Assembly: GCA_031409655.1 (NCBI GenBank)
Contig: JANNXQ010000061.1
Coordinates: 1 to 15,376, forward strand
Reading direction: 5' to 3'
Length of the DNA: 15,376 nt
DNA from: Chthoniobacteraceae bacterium
GTDB lineage: Bacteria > Verrucomicrobiota > Verrucomicrobiia > Chthoniobacterales > Chthoniobacteraceae
In this document: piece after piece, positions 1 to 6,325 of the stretch
How the letters are laid out: each line of letters begins with the position of its first letter
Numbering within the stretch: the stretch's first letter is position 1
Program-made: the position numbers and the translations under genes
The notes under the pieces: model-generated
The model's database searches: none
The model's input: the letters and a program-made list of their open reading frames with translations, nothing else
What the model was told of the DNA's origin: nothing

Positions 1-258
1 CACGGCCCCTTCGACGCCATCGTCTCCTGCCGCAACGGCACCTTCATCGACCGCGCGGAAGCCGCCGCCCTTGCCCAGCACGCACCTGAAGCGTCCGTGC
101 TCTGTCCCAAGCAAACCCTCGGCGAATCCCTGGGTGCGAGCGCACTTCAGCAAGTCGTCGCCGCCGCCCTTGCGCTCCATGCGGGCAATGCGCAGCGCGT
201 GCTCGTCCCGGTGCTCGGCTGGAATCAGCAGGCTAGCGGCGCGGTCGTTTTCAGATAG
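1..258 (+). CDS. 3' end (partial, 85 aa) of a beta-ketoacyl synthase-like protein, probably non-catalytic (chain-length-factor-like)
   Basis: Not in the ORF track. Frame 1 reads HGPFDAIVSCRNGTFIDRAEAAALAQHAPEASVLCPKQTLGESLGASALQQVVAAALALH...VLGWNQQASGAVVFR* with TAG at 256-258. It aligns by eye to the FabF C-terminus (NAHGTST..D.AE...K...GH.LGA). Confidence 0.75.
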   Translation, partial: HGPFDAIVSCRNGTFIDRAEAAALAQHAPEASVLCPKQTLGESLGASALQQVVAAALALHAGNAQRVLVPVLGWNQQASGAVVFR

Positions 259-1252
259 GGCGTCCGGTGAATTTTCCGGGGAGCGGGCGCTGCGTGCGGA
301 ATTTTCCCGACTCGATCTCCGCGGAGAGTCGGCGGCGGTGGAGGAGTTTGCTGAGGATGCCGTGGCGCGGGCCGAAGAGTGCGGCGAGGGCGAAGAGGAG
401 GCCGGCGGCGAGGGCCATCATGCCGGCGGTGGTGGTGCTTTCGTAGCCGAAGATCGCAGGAACGCTGATCGCGCCGACGTGGCCGAGCACGGCGGAGGCG
501 ATGCCGAAGACGACGCTGAGACCGAGCATGACGCTGAGCCGGTCGGTGAGCATGTAAGCGGCGGCGGCGGGGACGATGAGCATGGCGACGACGAGGATAT
601 TACCCACGGCTTCAAACGACGCGACGGCGGTGACGGCGACGAGCGTCATGAGCAGGTAGTGCATGAAACGCGCGCTGATCCCGAGCGTGGTCGCGAGCGC
701 GGGATCGAAGGAACTAATCTTCAGTTCTTTGTAGAAAAGGAGGACGCAGACGAGATTCAGCAGCGCGACGGAGCCGAGGGTGAGGACGACGCGCGGGATG
801 TCCCATGCGCCGACCTTGACCGTGTCGAGCGGGGTCAGCTCGATGGCGCCGTAGAGCACGCAGCCGGGGTCGAGATCGACTTTGTCCGCGGCTTGCACGA
901 CGAGCACGAGGCCGAGCGCGAAGAGGCCGGTGAAGACCACGCCCATGCTCGCGCCTTCATCCACTTTGCCGAAGCTGCGGATCCATTCGGTGAAGAGCGC
1001 GGTGAGCAGTCCGACGATGGCCGCGCCGACGAACATCGGCAGACTCGCGCGGCTGCCGGTGATGAGGAACGCCACGGCGAGTCCGGGCAGCACCGCGTGG
1101 CTGATGGCGTCGCCCATCATGCTCATTTTGCGCAACACGAGGAACGGTCCGAGCAGAGCGCTGGCCACGGCGCAAAGCGCACCGGCGGCGATGATCCAGC
1201 CGTCCAGCGCCCAGCTCCAGTCGCTCAGGCTTTCGAGCATTCGGGTCAGCAT
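251..1252 (-). CDS. Mn/Zn/Fe ABC transporter permease (TroD/MntD-like, ABC-3 family)
   Basis: Hydrophobic, with LRKMSMMGDAISHAVLPG, LFYKELKISSFDPALA and FEAVGNILVVAMLIVPAAAAY motifs; last gene of the operon. Start could be the Met at 1240. Confidence 0.93.
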   Translation of the reverse strand: MLTRMLESLSDWSWALDGWIIAAGALCAVASALLGPFLVLRKMSMMGDAISHAVLPGLAVAFLITGSRASLPMFVGAAIVGLLTALFTEWIRSFGKVDEGASMGVVFTGLFALGLVLVVQAADKVDLDPGCVLYGAIELTPLDTVKVGAWDIPRVVLTLGSVALLNLVCVLLFYKELKISSFDPALATTLGISARFMHYLLMTLVAVTAVASFEAVGNILVVAMLIVPAAAAYMLTDRLSVMLGLSVVFGIASAVLGHVGAISVPAIFGYESTTTAGMMALAAGLLFALAALFGPRHGILSKLLHRRRLSAEIESGKFRTQRPLPGKFTGRPI

Positions 1253-1262
1253 AAGGAGGCGT

Positions 1263-2687
1263 TCATTTCACAAGATGCGGGCTGCGGGGGCGCTCGACGG
1301 CGAGGAGCGTCTCGAGTTCGCGGATCATCTCGGGGCCGAGGACGTGCTCGATGGCGTCGGCATCGCGATCGACGTGGCTCGGTGCGATGTCGGCGTGGGT
1401 GATGAGGTAAAGCTCCCAGAGCCGGTGCTGGCGGACGACTTGCGCGGCTTCGCGGAACCCCTCGGAGGTGAAGGCGATCGTTCTCCCGGCGACGGGCGAT
1501 TCGAACATCAGGCCATCGTGCTCGGCGCGCGCGATCTCGTGGCCGAGGCGGCGCGGCGACCACGAGCGGGCGGCGAGCAGGGCGCTGAATTTCACCGCGT
1601 GGGCGGGACTCTCGGTTTCGCTTTCATCGCCCTCGCTCAGCTCAAAGACCGCGCGCAGCAAGTGCTGGCGGCGCACTTTGTCTTCAAAAGAACGGCGGCG
1701 CGCCCAGCGGATGACGACCCCGCGTTTCGTCCCGAAGAGCATGCTCGCGAGAAAAAACAGGCACGCGACGAGGACGATCATCGCGCCCGAGGGCAGGTTC
1801 GGGAGCAGTGCGCTGAGGGCCGAGCCGACGAGCCCGCTGACCGCGCCGATGACGCCCGCGATGCCGAGCATCACGCCCAGCCGTTCGGTCCAGAAGCGCG
1901 CGGCCGCCGCGGGCACGATGAGCAGGGCGATGATGAGGATGAGCCCGACGGCTTGCAGACCGATGACGGTGACGATGATGACGAGCGCCATCATCGCGGC
2001 ATCGAGCAGCACGGTGGGCCAGCCCTGGGCCTGCGCGTAGGCGGCGTCGAAGCAGATGAGGCGGAATTCTTTGAACAAGAGCGCGCACGCTGCGAGCACC
2101 AGCGCGGCGACCCACGCGATGAGCTGCGCGTCGCCCGCGACCATCGACGCGGTCTTGCCGTAGATGAATGACTCCAGCCCCGCCGCGTGCCCCTGACCCA
2201 TGCGCTGCACCACGCCGAGCACGGCGACGCCCGCGCCGAAGAAAACGCTGAGCACAATGCCGAGCGCGGTGTCTTCCTTCAGCCGGGTGAGATTGCGGAT
2301 GAGCAGGATCGCCGCGAGCCCGGCCACGCCGCTCGCCGCGGCGCCGGCGAGCAGGATCGGCAGCGATTTTCCCGAGCCGCCTGCGAGCACGGCAAACATA
2401 AACGCGAGACCGATGCCCGGCAGCGTGGCGTGGCTGAGCGCGTCGCCCATGAGCGCGCGTTTGCGCAGCAGCGTGAAGCAGCCGAGCACGCCCGCGGCCA
2501 GCCCGAGCAGCGCGGTGCCGGTGAGGACGACGCGGGTGTTGTAATCGCGCAGGGTGAAGACGCGCGCCCACTCATCGGCGGTCGGCCACGCGATGCTGCG
2601 GTCGGTGATCGTGCCGCCACCGGGCGCGGCGAGCAGCGTGCCGGTGAGCAGCAGCAGGAGCGCGGCGGCGCAGACCAGCGCTCTCAT
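1263..2687 (-). CDS. Metal ABC permease (TroC-like) fused to a C-terminal DtxR-family metal-binding/dimerisation domain (YtgCR-like)
   Basis: LRKRALMGDALSHATLPG, FKEFRLICFD and LQAVGLIL permease motifs, then a soluble C-terminal ~140 aa with VRQHRLWELYL and DRDADAIEHVL, matching DtxR RxHRLxE and xEH. Its ATG overlaps the ATPase stop (ATGA). Confidence 0.92.
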   Translation of the reverse strand: MRALVCAAALLLLLTGTLLAAPGGGTITDRSIAWPTADEWARVFTLRDYNTRVVLTGTALLGLAAGVLGCFTLLRKRALMGDALSHATLPGIGLAFMFAVLAGGSGKSLPILLAGAAASGVAGLAAILLIRNLTRLKEDTALGIVLSVFFGAGVAVLGVVQRMGQGHAAGLESFIYGKTASMVAGDAQLIAWVAALVLAACALLFKEFRLICFDAAYAQAQGWPTVLLDAAMMALVIIVTVIGLQAVGLILIIALLIVPAAAARFWTERLGVMLGIAGVIGAVSGLVGSALSALLPNLPSGAMIVLVACLFFLASMLFGTKRGVVIRWARRRSFEDKVRRQHLLRAVFELSEGDESETESPAHAVKFSALLAARSWSPRRLGHEIARAEHDGLMFESPVAGRTIAFTSEGFREAAQVVRQHRLWELYLITHADIAPSHVDRDADAIEHVLGPEMIRELETLLAVERPRSPHLVK

Positions 2688-3514
2688 TTGCCCGTGGCCT
2701 CCCGCGCGGCGGCCTCGGCGGCCTGGCTGAGCAGGGTGAGCTTGCCGCCGTAGGTCTTGTGCAGGTTCTCCGGCGTGAAGGTGGTGGCCGTCGGGCCGTG
2801 CGCGACGACGCGCATATTGAGCAGGATCACTTCGTCGAAATACTCCGGCACGGTCTGCAAATCGTGATGCACGACGAGGCAGGTTTTGCCCCGCGCGCGC
2901 AAGTCCTGGAGCAGGCGCACGATGGCCACTTCGGTGGCGGCATCGACGGCGGCGAAGGGCTCATCCATCAAGTAAAGATCGGCATCCTGGACGAGCGCGC
3001 GCGCAAGAAACGTGCGCTGCTGCTGGCCGCCGGAGAGCTGCGAAATCTGCCGGTGCGCGAGGTTCGCGATGCCCACGCGGTCGAGCGCTTCGAGGGCCAC
3101 GGCTTTATGCGCGCGGGTCACGGGCCGGAACCAGCCGATCTTCCCGTAGCGGCCCATCGCCACGACATCGAGCGCGCTCACCGGAAAATCCCAATCGACG
3201 CTTTCGCGCTGCGGCACGTAGCCGACGCGGCTGCGGTTTTCGCGATACGGTTTGCCATAAATCAGCACGCGCCCTGACGCCCGCGGGAGCAGATCGAGCA
3301 CAGCTTTGATGAGCGTGCTCTTGCCCGCGCCGTTCGGTCCGACGATGCCGATGAGCTTGCCCGCCGGCACGTCGAGGTCGATGTCCCAGAGCACCGGCTT
3401 GCGGTGATAGGCCACGGTCAGGTCGTGGATGGAAAGCGGCGCGAGCGGCGAGTGATCCTCGCCGTGCGTGCGGGCCGGGACGGCGGCGCTTCCGAGCGGC
3501 GCGTTAGGGGACAT
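2684..3514 (-). CDS. Metal ABC transporter ATP-binding protein (TroB/MntB-like)
   Basis: Walker A GPNGAGKS, YVPQ Q-loop, LSGGQQQR signature, LYLMDEPF Walker B, VHHDL. Start reassigned to ATG at 3514 (MSPNAP...), overlapping the troA end by 11 nt, instead of the track's 3640. Confidence 0.95.
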   Translation of the reverse strand: MSPNAPLGSAAVPARTHGEDHSPLAPLSIHDLTVAYHRKPVLWDIDLDVPAGKLIGIVGPNGAGKSTLIKAVLDLLPRASGRVLIYGKPYRENRSRVGYVPQRESVDWDFPVSALDVVAMGRYGKIGWFRPVTRAHKAVALEALDRVGIANLAHRQISQLSGGQQQRTFLARALVQDADLYLMDEPFAAVDAATEVAIVRLLQDLRARGKTCLVVHHDLQTVPEYFDEVILLNMRVVAHGPTATTFTPENLHKTYGGKLTLLSQAAEAAAREATGK

Positions 3515-4499
3515 GCGTGAGCTTCCCGCCAAGGCCTTTGGGCGGCGCTTCGCCGCCGAGGGCGCGGGCGGTGAGCGTGATGTTGTGATCGAGCATGCCG
3601 AGGTAAGTGCCTTCATACGTGCCTTCCGCGCCCATGGCATCGGAAAAAAGTTCGCCGCCGATCTTCAATTCCTTGCCGCGCGCCTTCACGCCACCGACCA
3701 GCGCCTCGATGTTTTTCGGCGACACGCTGCTCTCCACGAAGACCGCCTTGACGTTGTTTTTCACGATGAAATCGACCAGCCCATTGATCTGCTGCAAGCC
3801 CGCCTCGGACTCGGTGCTGATGCCCTGCACGCCCATGACTTTGAGATCAAAAGCGCGACCGAAGTAATTGAACGCGTCATGCGAGGAGATGAGCACGCGG
3901 GAATCCGCCGGCACCGTCGCGAGCACCTTCTTGCCATAGGCGTGCAGCTCGTCGCACTTCTTGGCGTAGTCGGTGGCGTTCTTTTTGTAAAAGTCCGCGT
4001 TCTTCGGGTCGAATTCCGCCAGCGACTTGCCCACGGCTTCGACCGCCTTGCCCCACGCGCTCGGGTCCATCCAGACATGCGGATCGGAGTGCCCGCCGAA
4101 GTCCTCGGGTTCGAGCAGGAATTTTTCGTCGATCAATTCCGTCACCGCATAGACCGGCTTCGTGCGCGCCACCTTGATCAAGGTGTCCGCCATTTTCCCC
4201 TCCAGCATCAGCCCGGAGTAGAAGACCGCGTCCGAGCTGATCATCTTCGAGACGTCGTCGCGCGTCGGCTTGTAAAGATGCGGATCGACGCCCGCGCCCA
4301 TCATCGCCGTGCAGGTGGCTTTGTCGCCCGCGACGTTGCGGACGATGTCATTCACCATGCCGACGGTGGTCGTGACGGTGTAGGGATATTTCTTCGGCGC
4401 GGCTTCGAGCGACGCGGTGGCGAAACTGAGGGCGAGCGCGCCGGTGAGCGCGAACAGCGCGCGGCGGGCGAGCGCGGAATGGATGAGGTTGGTTTTCAT
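3504..4499 (-). CDS. Metal ABC substrate-binding protein (TroA/MntA-like, cluster A-I)
   Basis: GVDPHLY, DPHVWMDP, SSHDAFNYFGRAF and LFSDAMG give the His/His/His/Asp ligand set of TroA; N-terminal signal peptide without a lipobox Cys. Confidence 0.95.
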   Translation of the reverse strand: MKTNLIHSALARRALFALTGALALSFATASLEAAPKKYPYTVTTTVGMVNDIVRNVAGDKATCTAMMGAGVDPHLYKPTRDDVSKMISSDAVFYSGLMLEGKMADTLIKVARTKPVYAVTELIDEKFLLEPEDFGGHSDPHVWMDPSAWGKAVEAVGKSLAEFDPKNADFYKKNATDYAKKCDELHAYGKKVLATVPADSRVLISSHDAFNYFGRAFDLKVMGVQGISTESEAGLQQINGLVDFIVKNNVKAVFVESSVSPKNIEALVGGVKARGKELKIGGELFSDAMGAEGTYEGTYLGMLDHNITLTARALGGEAPPKGLGGKLTHVP

Positions 4500-4523
4500 G
4501 GATGTGATGTTGTGAAACGAGTT

Positions 4524-4538
4524 GGTGGTGAGTTTTAG
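4524..4538. repeat. Copy 1 of a 15-nt direct repeat flanking the beta-barrel gene (GGTGGTGAGTTTTAG)
   Basis: 14/15 identical to 5556-5570; overlaps the barrel stop codon and the troA leader. Confidence 0.6.
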
Positions 4539-5554
4539 AAGCGAACGGAGAAGCCCGCGAAGACGCCGAAATCCTCCGCCGTGTCGTTCAGGCCGACGCG
4601 CACGCCGGTGTCGAGTTGGAGGTCGTCGGTCACCGCGTAAGTGAAGCCGGCGTTGGCCGTGGCCACGTAATCGAACTCCGCGGAGCCCGTGGTGCCTGAG
4701 TATTCGACGAAGAGGCCGAGCTTGTCGGTGAGGTCGAAGCCGAGCACCGCCGTGTGGAAGATCTCCGCCTTGTAGCCGCGCTCCTCCTCGTCATAAACGA
4801 AGTCCACTTCCAGCATCAGCCCGAGGCCGATCTTTTCCGTCAGCCCCACGGAGAAAGGCAGGATCAGACCGCCTTCCACGTTGTCGTTACTCAAATCCGA
4901 GCCGGTCGGGATTTTGATGAATGGGAAAAACGCCACCGCGGTATTACCGCCGTCATTGCCCCAGAGATTGATCTTCAGCCGCACCTGCAAGTCGCTGTAG
5001 CCCTCGACCGTCTCGGTGATCTTCGTGGCGCGGTCCTTCGACCGCACCTCGGTGTAGGAGTCGAAGACAACCTGGATGTCCACGTTGTTGAACAGGCCGA
5101 TTTTGAAGTTCACCGCGCCGTGGGTGAAAATCTCCTCCTCAATCCCGCCCTGCCGCGTGCGGCCATAGTCGAAGAGGCTGCTCTCGATCTGGAAGTGGCC
5201 GGCATCGACGGTGATCGCGCTCTCCGTCGCGTCGGGCCGGTCGGTGCTCATCTCGCGCATGAACTCGCGCGGGGTCGAGTTGAAGAGGTGAAATTGCCAC
5301 TTGTCCACTCGCGCCTCGGCTTTCGCGGGCGAGACCGCCTTGCCCCCCGCATGGGCCTGGCCGCGGTGGACCTGGCCCGGTTCCGGAAGCGCGGTCGAGA
5401 GCAGGGCGACAACGGGCGTCAGACGCAGCATCCAGCGCGCGGCGGGGCGCGGGAGGCCGCGGGTGGCCGGCGGAGCTTTCAGCGGGCGGGGCGAGGTGGA
5501 GGGCGAGGATGGGGAAGCGCCGGAAGCGGTCCTTAACGAGTGCGATTGGCGCAT
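4535..5554 (-). CDS. Outer-membrane beta-barrel channel (Phenol_MetA_deg / 'transporter' family-like)
   Basis: STDRPDATESAITVDAGHFQIESS N-terminal motif, amphipathic beta-strands, LQLDTGVRVGLN and terminal-Phe beta-signal (FAGFSVRF). Start uncertain (ATG 5554 or 5431); the track's extension to 6268 is antisense to mntR and is rejected. Confidence 0.8.
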   Translation of the reverse strand: MRQSHSLRTASGASPSSPSTSPRPLKAPPATRGLPRPAARWMLRLTPVVALLSTALPEPGQVHRGQAHAGGKAVSPAKAEARVDKWQFHLFNSTPREFMREMSTDRPDATESAITVDAGHFQIESSLFDYGRTRQGGIEEEIFTHGAVNFKIGLFNNVDIQVVFDSYTEVRSKDRATKITETVEGYSDLQVRLKINLWGNDGGNTAVAFFPFIKIPTGSDLSNDNVEGGLILPFSVGLTEKIGLGLMLEVDFVYDEEERGYKAEIFHTAVLGFDLTDKLGLFVEYSGTTGSAEFDYVATANAGFTYAVTDDLQLDTGVRVGLNDTAEDFGVFAGFSVRF

Positions 5555-5555
5555 G

Positions 5556-5570
5556 GGTGGTGAGTTGTAG
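5556..5570. repeat. Copy 2 of the 15-nt direct repeat (GGTGGTGAGTTGTAG)
   Basis: 14/15 identical to 4524-4538; lies just upstream of the minus-strand ATG at 5554. Confidence 0.6.
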
Positions 5571-5622
5571 TCGGTGCTGTATTCTCCATGAGCGAGCTCA
5601 CTATCAAGATAACACCCAAAGA

Positions 5623-5638
5623 TGTAGCACATGCTACA
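5623..5638. promoter_or_regulatory. Putative MntR operator, palindrome TGTAGCA-CA-TGCTACA
   Basis: Perfect 7-bp inverted repeat with a TAGC-N4-GCTA core as in the enterobacterial MntR box, in the AT-richer gap between divergent mntR and the metal uptake operon. Confidence 0.8.
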
Positions 5639-5658
5639 AACTGAATCAGTCTTGGCAA
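5631..5658 (-). promoter_or_regulatory. Putative sigma70 promoter of the metal-uptake operon (TTGCCA-N16-TAGCAT)
   Basis: On the minus strand, -35 TTGCCA at 5658-5653 and -10 TAGCAT at 5636-5631; the -10 lies inside the palindrome. Confidence 0.5.
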
Positions 5659-5686
5659 AAGAATTTTTTCCACCAACCTGCACCCA

Positions 5687-6157
5687 GTGAAACGCCCGCC
5701 TTCCGCCACCTCGAAGCCCCGCAAAAATGGCAGCCTCACCGCCGCTGCCATCCGCCAGCGCACCCGCGAAGAGCACTCCCACGAAACCGCGCAGGATTAC
5801 GTCGAACTGATCGCCGCCCTCATCGCCGAGACTGGCGAAGCCCGCGCCATCGACCTCGCCCACCGGCTCGGCGTCACCCACGTCACCGTGGGCCGCACCA
5901 TCCAGCGCCTGCAGCGCGATGGCTACGTGACCGCCCAGCCCTACCGCTCCATCTTCCTCACCGCCTCTGGCCGCAAACTCGCCGAGGAGTCGCGCCGCCG
6001 GCACGAGATCGTCTTCGAGTTTCTCAAGTCCCTCGGCATCCCCGAGCCCGTGGCCCTCTCCGATGCCGAAGGCATCGAGCACCACGTCAGCCCCGAGACG
6101 CTGGCCGCCTTCGTCAAGCATCTGGGCGGCGGCGCCGGGAAGCCGCGCCCGCGGTAA
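5687..6157 (+). CDS. mntR: Manganese-responsive transcriptional regulator MntR (E. coli-type)
   Basis: AQDYVELIAALIAETGEARAIDLAHRLGV...PYRSIFLTASGRKLAEESRRRHEIV..FL..LG...DAEGIEHHVSPETL closely follows E. coli MntR; GTG start. Confidence 0.92.
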   Translation: MKRPPSATSKPRKNGSLTAAAIRQRTREEHSHETAQDYVELIAALIAETGEARAIDLAHRLGVTHVTVGRTIQRLQRDGYVTAQPYRSIFLTASGRKLAEESRRRHEIVFEFLKSLGIPEPVALSDAEGIEHHVSPETLAAFVKHLGGGAGKPRPR

Positions 6158-6325
6158 ATGCGCAAACTCCTTGGCCTTGATGACGAGACCATCTACCACG
6201 ATGCCGAAGGCATGGAACACCACATCAGCCCATCGACATGGCGCGCCCTCGAAGCGCTGACCACCCATCTCCAGCGGCCGACCGCGCTACTCGCGAAAGT
6301 GCGGAAGGAGGCCCGTGAAGATTGA
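6158..6325 (+). CDS. 55-aa ORF: isolated C-terminal metal-binding/dimerisation segment of a second MntR (microprotein or gene remnant)
   Basis: Not in the track. MRKLLGLDDETIYHDAEGMEHHISPSTWRALEALTTHLQRPTALLAKVRKEARED*. ATG 6158 immediately follows mntR TAA in frame; TGA at 6323-6325 overlaps the next gene by 11 nt. Confidence 0.75.
   Translation: MRKLLGLDDETIYHDAEGMEHHISPSTWRALEALTTHLQRPTALLAKVRKEARED

Noticed and set aside
1253..1259. Perfect AAGGAGG on the + strand between the two permease genes
   Set aside because: Wrong strand for the operon and no well-spaced start codon; likely chance.
3515..3640. Extended ATPase start at 3640
   Set aside because: Lies inside troA in another frame; ATG 3514 gives a normal length and coupling.
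71..4538. Long + strand ORFs (71-1402, 882-2171, 2187-2753, 2759-3277, 3468-4538)
   Set aside because: Antisense shadows of the tro genes, expected in high-GC DNA; no recognisable motifs.
5555..5686. Possible yybP-ykoY Mn riboswitch or sigma54 promoter (TTGGCA at 5652)
   Set aside because: No riboswitch architecture is visible and it normally controls exporters; no TTGC at the -12 position.
5555..6268. 238-aa N-terminal extension of the barrel ORF in the track
   Set aside because: Runs antisense through mntR and across the operator/promoter region.
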